Below the pieces are notes generated by a model. That model did no database searches. It saw only the letters and a list, made by a program, of their open reading frames with translations, and was not told the DNA's origin. DNA of 39,622 nt, from the NCBI RefSeq assembly GCF_001194135.2, contig NC_068986.1:70883863-70923484 (forward strand), in the 5' to 3' direction. Source of the DNA: Octopus bimaculoides (taxonomy: Eukaryota). How positions within the stretch are numbered: position 1 is the stretch's first letter; every line of letters begins with the position of its first letter. Shown one piece after another: positions 11,459-23,885 of this stretch. Both the position numbers and the translations under genes were made by a program.

Positions 11459-11493
<35 letters not shown>
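10945..11493 (+). mobile_element. RTE-LINE 3' fragment with triplicated ORF-end unit and (GAT)n tail
   Basis: Three copies of ..ttgagaagacc..tcaagccaagtgaaatcatagtcatgg..atgccagtgt...aactggca (10945, 11066, 11229), then the family tail and (GAT)n at 11459-11493. Confidence 0.85.
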
Positions 11494-12154
11494 ATAGTGA
11501 GTGAAGGGCTGCTTTTAATGTTATAATTTCTTTATGGGTTCCATTCAGCATATTTGATAAGATTATTGAAGTGGAATAAACTCACATATGCACTCTTGGA
11601 TACAATCTGCCTTATAAAATGTGTGTCAGAGCCACAACTTAGCTTTGGAGAGGCAGTTAGAAATAACAAATTTTACATCTTGAGCAATTATTGAAAAGTT
11701 TTTACTTGCCCAAGAATTATTTTTGCTAAAATAAAATTGGAAAATATGTACTCAACACACCATTCAATTCAAAACCAATGCTAGTAATCTAATATATTTA
11801 TTTTGTTCAGTGTTTTTAATATCAGCACCATGTCTCAATGGTATGTTAGTAATTTACATTGCGTGTTTTTATTGATATGGATAGGAAAAAGAAGAATGAT
11901 TAATTTGAAATCAATCATAAGTACACTTATACTACATATTGCTAACAATGATAAATATAAACTATTTTCTTAGTGCTCATTTGTTAATACATTTCTTGTT
12001 TTAGATTTTACTATATTCATGTATGAGAATAATACTTCACAAAGATAGATGGAGGGAAACTATGTCCTTCAGTCACTTAAATGTCAACTTTTCATGCTCA
12101 TATGAGTTTGATGAAATCCATTGAGGCAGATTTCTTATAGTCAGGTGTCTTTCC

Positions 12155-12423
12155 TGTTGTCAACGCTTACCTAGTTTCAAAGATGGTGATATTTCTCTGT
12201 TATATCGCACATTCAGATAGCATGCCTTCACCAATAATGTACCTCTACTCAACTACCGAACTCTCACTTCCGACGACTCGACTCAACAGAACTCGATGTC
12301 CAGTCTACCAATGGCTCCAGCTCGTTCTATGCGACGCTTCCCATCTAGCTATCATGTCCACTATTTATACGTATTGGACTAGCCTACTTATTGTCTGGGG
12401 GTGTCCACACAACACCGCCCCTA
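12155..12423 (-). mobile_element. Candidate Gypsy 3' LTR with polypurine tract
   Basis: On minus: PPT-like ATAGGGGCGG (12415-12424) immediately followed by TGTTGTGTGG (start 12414), and TATAAATAG at 12369-12361. A matching terminal inverted repeat TGTTGT is at 12155-12160; an alternative end is TGTT at 12198. Confidence 0.6.
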
Positions 12424-12462
12424 TTGAGAGTTTTTTTTTTACTGAACTCAAATTTATCAATT

Positions 12463-14745
12463 TTATTTCTTTGGTGAGAAACTGGCATATCTTTTTCTCT
12501 TAGCGTTAATTTCCATCATTTCTGTAGGTTTCCTCTTCCTGTTTGACCTACGTGTCGGTTCTGCTTCTGCTTGTGGTTCTGGGACCTCAAACAAATCACA
12601 CCATATATCCATTGGTTCCTCTCGCTTCTCTTCATTTTTGGTATATCTTTTTTCTAATTGGTTTATATGCCTTCTGTGTTCAGATTTTGGTCCGTTTACC
12701 ATGTACATCACGTTACCCAGACGTCCAGTTATACTTCTTTGTTCTCAGTCCTGTTTTCTGTTTCTGTATACATTTTAAAATACTCTTCATCACCCATGTT
12801 AAAAATCTCGTTCTTCTTCCTGAATTTTCTATTTTCTGTTTCCTACACAGCAACAATTTATCAAAATAGAACAAATTTTTCTGGAAAACATCAAATCTGC
12901 GGGTGACCTACCAGACTCTGCATTTGGATTCGGTGTTATTCTATGCATCTGCAAAAACTTTGTCATGTTTGTATCTTTGAGGGTTTCCCGTCTGGTCTTT
13001 CTTAAAGCTCTCTTGAATGTGTTGATGAATCTTTCCACTAACCCATTTGATTTTAACACATGCTTCATTTGAACTGACTTACATAATCTTTCGGACTCCT
13101 TCGCTGTGAATTGTGTACCATTATCTGACATGATCGTATCTCTCACCCCATAACGAGCGAATAATTCCTCCAAGAAGTCAGTCGTCACATGTGTGGTTGG
13201 CCTTGAACATTTACACACTTCAGGCCATTTGGAATAGCTATCCACCACAATGATATAACAAGAGCCATTTATTGGTCCTGCGAAATCCACATGCAGTCTA
13301 GACCATGCTGAATCCATTTTTGCCCATGGTTGAATCTGCACTGGGGGCGCCTTTGCTGCCATAGTGCATCCCCTACACTGTTTTACCAGTCTCTCAATTT
13401 GCTTGTCCATATTCGGCCAATAAATGTAAGTCCTCATGAGACTCTTCATCCGGACAATCCCCGGATGTCCTACATGGAAGTCTTTTAATACTCTGTATTG
13501 CAGCACTTCAGGTATTGCCACTCTTTGTGCATATGATAATACCTCATTACATAATGAATAGTGCTTTGACCCTGCATCCCGCTCATTTATATTTCTCGTG
13601 TTACTCAATATTTTTTTAATCTTGTTTATGAACCTATTTTTTCCTAATTCCAATTTAATTTGTTCCAGCGTTACCGGCAAATCATGTACTACATTGCACA
13701 AAATGTTCTTCAGTTCCATTTCTAGTTTTAATGATGAAATCACTGTGTCTTCAAAAGGTTCCTCATATTTTGGAATTAGCCTAGACAACCCGTCTGTGTG
13801 TCCCATTTTCATTAATGGCAAAAACTGAATCTGGAAATTGTAGTTCAACAGGGTCATCCCCCAGCGCTGTAAGCAGTTTGCTGAATGTGTGGGGATGCTC
13901 TTTTTTGAACCGAAAATAGACAGTAACGGTCAGTGATCCGTTTGCAGTGTAAACTTCCTCCTATGTAAGAATTTATGGAATTTTTTTACTGTGAAGATTA
14001 ATGATAATGCCTCTTTTTCAATCTGGCTGTAGTATCTTTCTGCTGGTAATAGAACTCTCGATGCATGTGCAATAGCTTTGATTTTACCATCATTAAATTT
14101 ATGTAATATCACAGCTCCTGTTCCATATTCACTGGCATCCGATGCCACAATTATTATTCAGGTTTGGGTCGAAATAAGTTAATAACTCACATGCTAACCG
14201 CTTTTTTAATTCCTTGAATGCTTTCTGACATTCGTTTGTCCAATCCCATTTCTAGTCCTTCTTTAGTAATTTGTTCAATGGAGTTCTTAGCTCATAGATT
14301 TTAGGTATGTACAACTGGTAATAACTTACCACCCCTAAAATGCTTGTAGTGTTGTTTTGTTAGTGGGAGCAGGCATTTTTTTATTGCGTCGATCCTAGAA
14401 GGGTCCGGTTTTCGTCCATTTTCATCGATCACCTGTCTTAAGTACTTTATTTTTGTCAAGAAAAATTCACATTTATCCTCACTTACTTTAAACCCATAAT
14501 CGCTAATTTGTTTGAAAACCTCTTCTATATGTTCAACATGTTGGCCCCTCGATTCACTTTTGATCAATATGTCATCCAAGTATGGGACCGTGAACTCACA
14601 ATCTGCTAGCATAGTATCCATCACTTGCTGAAATATTGCTGGTGCGACCTTAACCCCAAATGGCAGTCTTTTGAAACGGTAGAGACCTTTATGAGTATTG
14701 ATTGTTAATACTTTAGCACATTCTTCATCCACCAGTAATTGGAGC
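12463..14745 (-). mobile_element. Ty3/Gypsy pol relic: RT C-half, RNase H, integrase (5'-truncated, with stops and frameshifts)
   Basis: RT: LQLLVDEECAKVLTINTHKGLYRFKRLPFG...YLDDILI. RNase H: [12 protein letters not shown]...YSQIEKEAL...TDH*. Integrase: HVGHPGIVRMKSLMR...WPNMD...CRGC (HHCC), LHVDFAGP, SDNG, SNGLVERF, C-terminal RRHINQL...RRSNRKRKP. RNase H and integrase share a frame separated by one TGA at 13930-13932. Confidence 0.95.
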
Positions 14746-16300
14746 TATTCACATCCATTGCACTGTTGATCTTTAGAATAGTGCATGAATTTTGCTCCCA
14801 CTCACATAGAACACTATCTGATATATTGTCTGCACCATGTTGCATTCATTGGAATGTTCTATCAGTAACCTTTATTGTAAAGGTGTGGATACATTCTGAT
14901 TCTGGTATGCCTTTAGCACAACCATCAGAACAATCCTTCCAGCATTGTGAATGGTATTGTCAACAATATTGTGTCTCATGGGAATGTAGTATCTTGCAGA
15001 CATTTTTGGCATCTGCTGATGATGCAGGTGATATTTTCCACCTGCATTATTTTCCACCTGATATTTAGCTGTTGTCTTTTCTAGGTGAGGTGTGATGTAT
15101 TTATCACAATTCCTGAAGAGGTTACTATTCCTGTCTTTGTTGTTAGTATTCTCTATCATGCAGGATGTGTACTCATGTGTAACTTTCTGTTGGTATGATG
15201 ATTTCTTCCCCAAGTCTCTGGTTAAGTTGGTCAAGCCAACCACACTTAGTTCACACAGAACAGTTGTATATTCAGTGTACTTATTTAGGAGTTCTTTGCA
15301 TTATCACATGATGTTATTACTTTTGCTGTGTATTCCTTTCTCTCTATATTGTTTGTCAAATATAGTCTAACTGATATGCAGCACTCAAAGATCATCAAGA
15401 TGGCTTCCAAACCTCTGTTTAACATACATCCTGTCATTGTCACTGTTAATGGAGGAAGATACCAATAATTTTTTTGTGTCTTTCTAGTCCTAATGTCCAA
15501 GCTGCAGATTTCTTCAAGTGTTCAGTCTATTATCCCAAATGTTGGTACTGACTCTAGTGCTACAAAAGCATTGTGCTATATGGCTTTATTGAATACAGGC
15601 AGCTCTGCTGAAGTATTCTTTTGTTTCTGTGACTTTACTCACTACACCAACACATGCAATATTCTTGTGGATTCCAAGTTATTTGTAATATTCATCACTG
15701 GTGATAGAAGAGATAGACAGGCCATTTATATTCATATTCTTTGTCTGGTCAATAATCTTTCCTCGTTTTACTACCAAATACGAACACCTATCCTGACTAA
15801 ATTCTATTCCAATGTCCTACAAAAATGTGCCCAGTTCTGTCTTTTCATGTTATGATATGAATATTACTCAAATACAACTTAAGGTCGTGAACAAAAAGGT
15901 GTGGGTGATATAAATCTGCTTCTTCAGCAGATATTGTTATATAACCTTTGCATTTTCTTAACAAGACTGATGGGGTTCACAGTTAGGATGAAAAGCATTA
16001 TAAATAAGCTGTCACTTTGAAATATTCTGGTTGTTAGCCTAATTCTGTTAGTGACTATAATAGTATCTTTAGTTCTTATCGATTGCTCTGAAGATGATGT
16101 CATTGTCAATCTCTTAATGGTATCGATTATAGCAGATGGAACCTTAGTAAAGCATAGTGACTCTTGTATCCATGATTAAGGGACAGAGTTAAAAGCTTTT
16201 CTATAGTCTAGCCATATAGTCAACAGATTCAAGTGGTGCTGCTTTACTTTCATAACTCTTTCAATACCAAGCTGCCTGGGACCACCGCTGGTTCTATGAT
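14746..16300 (-). mobile_element. Decayed R4/Dong-like non-LTR retrotransposon (RT, thumb, Cys-knuckle remnant, start of REL endonuclease)
   Basis: Minus-strand pieces in order: HLNLLTIWLDYRKAFNSVP*SWIQE (about 16250-16170); TRIFQSDSLFIMLFILTVNPIS (about 16030-15965); TFGIID*TLEEICSLDIRTRK (about 15555-15480); VENITCIISRC/KMSARYYIPMRHNIV (about 15045-14960); WEQNSCTILKINSAMDVN (14800-14747). Confidence 0.75.
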
Positions 16301-16473
16301 ATGAACTTCCTGTTTCGAAGTGAGTCAAAGATCTGAAGAAGATAACCATTTTTTTTTATCAGGTTTGTATTAATGGCTAAAGTTTTAGGGATAGTTTTCT
16401 TTTATTTTCAAAATGAACAATCAAACAACTCCCTTTTACTGAGGTAACTAATTTTGACACCACATTGTATGTA

Positions 16474-16477
<4 letters not shown>

Positions 16478-16537
<60 letters not shown>
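16478..16537. repeat. (TG)n microsatellite
   Basis: Read directly. Confidence 0.95.
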
Positions 16538-16540
<3 letters not shown>

Positions 16541-17104
16541 CTATAAACATACAGTTCTGTATGCTTGCATGTATGCATGTCATTACGTTTGTATTTATAT
16601 CTTTTGATATGTGCATGTGTACATATGAAGTTAGAGTGTTGTATAATATAGATTTCTCTTCAGTTCTCCAGAGGTATTCTTGAATTGATGCTAATGTTTA
16701 CTAAGCAAGTAACTTCTACAGCAGCCAGTATATTCTCACTTTTCCAGAGAACTATGTTTGGACTGTTCTACTTGTATTTCACTGATCTTCTGATAGGAAC
16801 ATTCCACTACTACTGCTTCAAATTGTGAATGTTTATGTATTTCATGTCAGTGTAGTTTCTTCTACACTGTTTTTGCATACATTTCTTTGAGAAGAATTGT
16901 TTAATGTTTTGGTCACTACATCATACTTAATAGAGAAATAGTATTATGATAGCATTTTTAAATATCTACTTATAATGAGGATAAAGCCTTCAATTGTTTC
17001 TGAATTACAATGGGATCTAACACAGCAGTTAGTAGTTTGAGATATAGTATTCTGGTTATCTATGTTGTTAGCCTAAATTTTGTTTCTGTGTACATATGTA
17101 TCAA

Positions 17105-17274
17105 GAATGGCTGTGTGGTAAGAAGCTTGCTTCCCAACTACATGGTTCCAGATTCAGTCCCACTGTGTGGCATCTTGGGCAAATGTCATCTACTATAGCT
17201 TTGGGCTGACCAAAGTCCTGAGTGGATTTGGTAGAGGGAAACTGAAAGAAGCTCATCGTTTATGTATGTGCGTG

Positions 17275-17318
<44 letters not shown>

Positions 17319-17551
17319 TCCCCCACCACCGTTTCACAACTGCAACTTTGCAGTTTGGCAAAAAAGACCCTGCAACTTTGCAGTTTGGCAAAAAAGACCC
17401 TGCAACTTTGCAGTTTGGCAAAAAAGACCAATAGAATAAGTGCCATGCTTAACAAGCAAAAAAAGTACTAGGATCAATTGATTCAACTAAATTTCTTCAA
17501 GATGGTACCCCAGCATGGCTGCAGTCTAATGACTGAAACAAGTAAAAGAAG
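17105..17551 (+). mobile_element. tRNA-headed SINE with internal (TG)n and a 3x30-bp tandem duplication
   Basis: Head tggctgtgtggtaagaagcttgcttcccaactacatggttccagattcagtccc; same family as 4051-4466; tail gactgaaacaagtaaaagaa. Confidence 0.88.
17340..17429 (+). repeat. Perfect 3 x 30-bp tandem repeat CTGCAACTTTGCAGTTTGGCAAAAAAGACC
   Basis: Units at 17340, 17370 and 17400, identical. Confidence 0.97.
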
Positions 17552-17911
17552 AATATTCATATATTAATCAAAGTATGCAGTATTATAGATAACAATTTCA
17601 GCTGATCTTACCAACTGGTTTTGCATAAGCTATTAGAAAGCCTGATATTAGATAACAGCATAGCTAAGTAATACTTTCCATCTGTGAAGAGCATAAAGAA
17701 TTAGATGATTGTATGTATATTTATGGGACCAGACTGCAGATTAGAGTTTTATATGAAAGAGTACAACTTCAACTGAAATGACAAGTAGTAAAAAATATTT
17801 AAAAATTTAAGGAAAATAAGACCTTACCATCTCCCGCAAAATAAACAACAACTGAATAATTGATAAAATTAATTGTACAAGGTATTTAATTTTCTCTTTA
17901 TTTTGTTCTAG

Positions 17912-17999
17912 ATTTGTTGGAATTAATGCATCAGACATTAATTTTACAGCAGGAAAATATGACCCAAGTGTAAAGCCACCATTTGATTGTGGCTTTGAG
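17912..17999 (+). CDS. PTGR3: PTGR3-like coding exon 2 ([30 protein letters not shown])
   Basis: ttttgttctAG acceptor, 88 nt, GAG|GTACTG donor. Carries the MDR GxNxxD motif. Confidence 0.95.
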
Positions 18000-18045
18000 G
18001 TACTGTCCTTTGTTCATTTTTGCTTTTTATATTACTTATATTATT

Positions 18046-18265
18046 AAGATGGTGATCTGGCCAAATCATTAGTGTGCTGGGCAAAATGCTTAGAGGCTAT
18101 AATCTGTCTTTATGTTCTGAGTTCAAATTCTGCAGAGGTAGACTTTGCCTTTCATCCTTTCAGGGCCGGTGAAGTAAGTACCAGTTGATCATTAGGGTTA
18201 ATGTAATTGACTTATCCCTTATCTTGAAATTGCAAGCCTTGTGCCAAAATGTGAAACCAATATTA
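18046..18265 (+). mobile_element. SINE with GCCTTTCATCC...AAGTACCAG core
   Basis: ttctgagttcaaattctgcagaggtagactttgcctttcatcctttcagggccggtgaagtaagtaccag; same family as 3460-3890 and 23055-23252. Confidence 0.82.
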
Positions 18266-18364
18266 GTTATATTATTTTCTTTTTTTATGTGTCACTAATG
18301 TGAATATTAATTGTTTTGAGCTGTAGAACTCAAAGGAATGGTTACTCAGTTTCCACGAAGAATA

Positions 18365-18555
18365 AGTGACCAAAATCACAACATACCCATTGAACAGGAA
18401 GGGATGCCGGACTGTTGCAAAGTTACTCCTTTACAACTGAGTGGACTGGAGCAGTGAGAAATGAAGTGTTTTGCTCAAGAATCAATGCACTGCCTAGTTC
18501 AGGAATTGAAGTCATGATCTTGTGATCGTGTGTGCAACATCCTGACCACTAAGCT
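18365..18555 (-). mobile_element. Degraded tRNA-headed SINE (TTCTTGAGCAAAACACTT core)
   Basis: Minus strand reads ...ttcttgagcaaaacacttcatttctcactgctccagtccactcag..., shared with 25640-25870. Confidence 0.65.
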
Positions 18556-18576
18556 TTGTGTCATGTGTGTAAAAAA

Positions 18577-18910
18577 GGTAAAGACCCCTTTCATTCATGA
18601 ATGACCATGAGATTGCACCTAGAAAGTTAACCTCTGAAGCACATGTCCAGGTAAGATTGTTTATGGAAGACCAGCAGTCACCCATGCATACCAGCCTCCC
18701 CTCTCCATGCCACTGATGTTATCCAGGGGAATGGTAAAGACTAATACAGCTTGGCACCAGTGACATTGCAACTCATTTCTACAGCTGAGTGAACTGGACC
18801 AATGTGATATAAAGTGTCTTGTTCAAGAACACAACACATAGCCTAGTCCAGATATTGAAATCACTACCACATGATTGTGAGCCCTACATGCTAACCACTG
18901 AGCCATGTCC
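18577..18910 (-). mobile_element. Full-length tRNA-headed SINE (same family as 965-1215)
   Basis: Minus-strand head GGACATGGCTCAGTGGTTAGCATG... (A box TGGCTCAGTGG), body matching 965-1215, end GGGGTCTTTACC. Confidence 0.85.
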
Positions 18911-19357
18911 ATAAAGGGGAGCAAACATTGCAAGCTATGCATAGTGGAATGGGTGAGGATATTAAAGAACTCCCTTGACCTGGGGAACATCTTAAATTCC
19001 AGGATGGAAGTCTTTGGACCCTGCTTACACTTTAGGTGATTCCTACTGAAATCCTGGGACCTGCAAGCTGATGGAGTGGATTCCGGATAGTGGTCTAAGG
19101 AAGACAGTCCCTTGTGCTTCACCCTTCTTCTTTGTCTGTGTGTTCAAAAACTAGCCATGAAGCCTTTTCTCCTTCCATTTTGAAGTGAGGTTATAGGCCA
19201 CCAGCCATTGGGGTCTGATGAGATGTATATAAAGCTAAGCACTTTACGGATGCAAAACACTGGACAACCTTTTGAACTGGCCATAACTATCTTTTGCTAG
19301 ATTCTCTACTGCTCTATAACTTAGAATGTGCTTCTTTTTCAGATTTATGATTTACTG

Positions 19358-19396
<39 letters not shown>

Positions 19397-19439
19397 CTCA
19401 GTGTTTTACGTCTATTCTTTCCATTATCACATAGGTGAG

Positions 19440-19620
19440 ATGATTTTTTTTTGTACACAGCATCCCACCACTTGTTGCATTTCCTTGTTATTTCTTTTGT
19501 GAGCGTAGCATCCTGAGTGAAATCAGCTTTCACCAGTTTTTCCATATCTTCCTTGGTTTTCCTCTTCTACTTATTCTTTCTGCATAAATTTCCTAGCACT
19601 TTATCATCTGTTATGATTCA
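19440..19620 (-). mobile_element. Very old RTE ORF-end relic
   Basis: With a frameshift: RRGKPRKIW / KLVKADFTQDATLTKEITRKCNKWWDAVYKK resembles the GRPRKTW...VKxDL...W..AV.EK end seen at 6750-6870. Confidence 0.5.
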
Positions 19621-19914
19621 GCATTATATGTCTGTACCAACACAGTCATGTAATGCATATAGATGGTGTTAGATGGGTGAAGTTTAATTGTGTGATATAA
19701 GCAACCATTAAGATATAATTGGTTACAAATTGTTTTATGTATTATGTTTTAGTTGTATACAAGATTTTTCAGGCTGTCTTGGTTCGCATGAAAGTCTTCC
19801 ATCATGGAAGAAAGCAAAAATTATTAAGAGCTAGTCTATTGTGATTATGTTAGTGAAATAGAGAAGGTGGGATGAACTAGATTTTCATCTAAGGTGTTTT
19901 CTCTCTTTGCTTAA

Positions 19915-20260
19915 TGGGAACAGAAAGAGAGAAGAGAATAGTAAAAGGAAAGAAAGAGAGAAAGGAATGAATGAAGAAAGAGAGGAACAAAGGGAATGAG
20001 AAGAAAAGTAAAGAAAATTAAAAAAACAAAAGAAAGTGAGGAAGCATGACAAACAGGTAGGTAGAGGGAAAGACAGACAAACATTTTGCTAGTTGACTGG
20101 ATAGATGGATAGGAAGGTAAACAGGAAGATAGAGGAACAGATCTAGATTGATAGATGAATAGATGGAGGGATGGATAGACAGATGGATGGCTGGAAGGAA
20201 AAATAAATGAAACGAAGGAAGATAGAAAGATAGGAGAGATATAGGTGGATTTATGTATGA
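19915..20260 (+). repeat. Purine-rich low-complexity tract (GAAA/GATA/GATG mosaic)
   Basis: Read directly; it produces the LSIHPSI-type minus-strand ORF. Confidence 0.85.
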
Positions 20261-23054
20261 GAGAATATAGGTAGAGTGGCTATGGTCTGCTGGATAATGT
20301 TTGAGAAATGAAAAGTGTAGAAGGTAAAGACCATGCACTAAAATATAAAGTCAGAATTTAGAGGTCAAGTTACAGAATTGGAATTCTTGTATCTGTTGTA
20401 CAGGTACCAAGGTCAATTGTCTGTGTGTTGTACCTTTAGGACAGCTCTGACCAAGAACTCAAAATTTACTTTTATTCATTTGCATTTTCCAAGTATTTTT
20501 CCAATGTTAAATTAAGGTAGACCCCTGGTTGTCTCAAATGTTTTAATATTAAATTTTCTCACCAATACGCAAATTACAAATCTTGCTGCAGTTTCTGTAT
20601 TGCTTAGATCTTATCCTTAAAGCTACTGGTCTTTGGTATATCATTGTAATTGGGAGCTGTCATAAAAAAATTTCTATTATTTGCATGCAGGTTTGGTATT
20701 CTACTAAGATTTTTAACTAGGTTGCTTAAAAACTACTGTTTTTAAATACATGGTTCTGTATTAATAAAGGTGAGGTTCTCATTGTTTTTTTTATATGATT
20801 TGTATAGGTTGGTACTAAGATTGAAGGTAAAAACTAAGAAGTTAATTACATTTGTAGTAGAATGCTCTCCATACTATAAGTCATCTAATCAATCACAGAT
20901 CCCTATTAGCTGGATTACTCAAATAAGGGTATCTCAGTTCTATCCAATGGCTAACATAATTCCAAATGATAAGAGAGCTAACCCAGAAATGTATATCAGC
21001 ATCAATTGAAAGACTAAGGTCATAGCAGATAAGGTTAAAATTGATAGATTTGAGGTATTCACTTAAGTAATAGGAGTTTATAATTATTAAGTGTCACAAG
21101 TGTAACTATGAATCTAACTTGAAATGAAAAAAAAACCCTCAAAAAACAAACAAAACAATATCAAAAAACTAATCAGCCTTCTTAAATCTGAAATTAGGTT
21201 GAAAAAAAACACACACACGAAAAAACAAATAAAAGTAAAAAACACGACAAAAAAGCTACTTCATAAATTTAATCATAATATCAAGTCAGCAGCTAATCTC
21301 TAGAATAAAATAAAATTATTGCCATAATTAATTTGGTTAGAAATATCAATAATAAATAATGTCAAATTTACAATTTTATGAAGTGGACTTTTAACTTTCT
21401 ATTTCCATTCTATTTCCAAATCTTTACTTTGTAAACAACTAGATTTCACCAATACATACTCATATTGATATGACATAAAAGTAACAATGTATGCAAGAAA
21501 GATATTACTCTTTTTAACAACTGAGCATGGGTCAAAACAGCCAACACAAATTAATTCTAATCCTAACCCTGACCCTAGCTCTACTCTGATTTCTTGTACC
21601 ATTGGCTTGCTGTGAACAGAGTATTAGTCTTGGTAACACAGTTTCCTCTGTTTTATTTTTAAACACAACTAAGTTAACTGAGGTTTTGTTGCATTAATTT
21701 CCCAATTACATTTTCCATTTCATCCATTCTTTCTTCCTTTCCTTATATATAAAGCTTAAAAAAAATCATCTTCAAGCACCTATCACTCTTACTCACCTGT
21801 AACATACCTTTCATAATCTTGTCTTCCTTTTATTGCACTTCGATCCTCCTCCCTGTAGGTTATAAAAGTGCCTGGCTAGTTGAGGAATTACTGTTCTTAA
21901 GTAGATAACTCTTAACTAAAAAGCTTGTATCAATATCTGCTAAGTATTTTTGCTTCATTCCCAAATTGTACACCTCTCTCTTCAAATTCTCTTTTTGTTT
22001 TGTTTAAATTTTTAAAACAATTTTCTTCTTTTGTTTCTGTCACTATATCCTGTTTTTCTTTTCTTTCTCGTTACTCTCTGTCTTTCTTTCCTTGAATTCC
22101 TACTTTCCTGGTTGCCCTTTGAACTTGCAACCAGTTGTTAAAGAAGTATCTTAAGAAGTGCATAACTTCTATAACCAAGATCTAAGAGGTTTGGTTACAA
22201 TGAATTATAAAAAGCTAACAGAGGGCAGAGTGGAATTTGAGTGACCCAATCTTGCAAGTGCTAGTGTCACAATAAAACAATATAGCTCTTTAAAAATTTT
22301 ATTTTAGGTCTGACACACCATTTAGTTTAATTTGGTCTTTGAATTGAGCCAGCTCAGGAACCTCTATGTAGTAACACAACCTACTAGAAATAGCAACCAA
22401 ATTCCCTTCAAACCACACCCTGACATCTTAGAAAAAGAAAGTATCGAGTGTCTGAAATAAAGATGGGATGATCATTGCTGGAATGTCCTTCATCATGAAT
22501 CTGCTCAATCAGGATTGATACAGGGGCTACAAAACAACAACAATCTGTCCTTTGGGTACCTTTAGTGAAGTCCATTTTGTTGCAAATATTCAGATGAGGC
22601 CCTCAGCTTCAGAATAATGAAATGTCTCAATGCCCTGTTTTGTGATTCACTTTCTCTTATGCAGTCCTACAATATACTAAATAGTACAGGTGGGAAAATT
22701 ACTCAGTAGAGGCCCATTGCTAGATACTAGAGACTTTTTGAACAACATCTCAGGAATTTGCACTATCATTTAATGTAAAATTCTATATCTTCTCCCTCAG
22801 TTACTCACTGGTATTGGAACGAACATAGAATTTGAGAGGCCCAGTGGTCACTGATTTTTAGCTGGGCTAATTGCAAGTGTTTAAGTCCCTTTATATTCTC
22901 AGTTCAGGTCTTGCCAAGACTGACTTGGTCTTTTTGTCCTCATAAGATCAATAAAATAAACATCAGTCAAGTATTACTAGGGTTATTTAAATTAATTCCT
23001 CATCTCAATTTGTGGACTTATGATTATGCAAAAAGTCAATATTATTCCAGAGGG

Positions 23055-23252
23055 TAAGGTAGCAAGCTAGCAGCATAACAGAATCATTAGCATACTGGAC
23101 AAAATGCTTTGCAGAATTTCTTCTGAATTCAAATTCCAATGAGTAAACTTTGCTTTTCATCCTTTTGGGGTGTACACTAGGGTTGATATAACCGACTAAC
23201 CCCTTCCCCCAAAATTTCAGATCTTGTGCCTATAGTAGAAAGAATCATTATT
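23055..23252 (+). mobile_element. SINE with GCCTTTCATCC core, preceded by a more decayed copy at about 22855-23045
   Basis: aaggtagcaagctagcag...cagaatcattagcatactggacaaaatgc...gagtaaactttgcttttcatccttttggggtg; ATT-repeat tail. Confidence 0.75.
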
Positions 23253-23269
23253 GCAGAGATTGTAGCTTC

Positions 23270-23712
23270 CTGAATTTTCTTTAACAACATTTTTATCATA
23301 GCTACAATACTTCCTGAATAAACATCCTCCTTACTAAATATATCACGTACACAATAGAAGTTATCGACTACTTCCAGTGAGCCAGCCAAGCATTTAAAAA
23401 AGTGTATTTCCACTGTGCACTTTGTGTGTATTGCTCCAATGTAATCTGCCACATACAAAACATGTTTTCTCTGTTAGCCTGTCTGTGAACTCATTACATT
23501 TTCTTTTGTGTGTCCACAATTTATACTGGGTAGTTAGCCAAGTATTTCAACTGCAGCTGTCGTATTAGGAAGATTGCATCTGAGGTACATTTTGTGAGCA
23601 TGAAGCCAAACTGAAACTGCATTTCATTTAAACTAACTCTGTTTCTGAATCAATTGTTCTATAACTTTCTCGGAGATATTCATAGCCTGATTCAACAATA
23701 TGATACCTCTAT
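23270..23712 (-). mobile_element. Internally deleted RTE-LINE RT relic (same family as 28133)
   Basis: Minus strand: DYRGIILLNQAMNISEKVIEQLI/RNRVSLNEMQFQFGFMLTKCTSDAIFLIRQLQLKYLA (RT N-terminal motifs) is joined directly to FVCGR...LEVVDNFYCV..., homologous to 28151-28330. Confidence 0.78.
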
Positions 23713-23885
23713 AATCTCTTTCTTTTGAATCTTCTGTTGTAGCAGTTTATGATCATATTGTTATGCAGTCATTAGGTAGGGCACCTTCCTGCATTACTTG
23801 ATTAACTATTTGGGTGACTATCATATATCCTACCTAGCTACATATTCTGAGCACCTTGGCCACTATTCTTGATGGGTGCAATTTC

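Noticed and set aside
17340-17429. 30-bp repeats as a CRISPR-like array
   Set aside because: No spacers, eukaryotic context, and embedded in a SINE.
965-18910. Inverted SINE pair 965-1215 / 18577-18910 as a dsRNA source
   Set aside because: They are 17 kb apart, and there is no evidence that the transcript starts upstream of 965.
20750-22200. Possible very old L1/Tx1-like coding relic on the minus strand
   Set aside because: Only compositional hints (A-rich minus strand, short ORFs); I could not recognise any motif.
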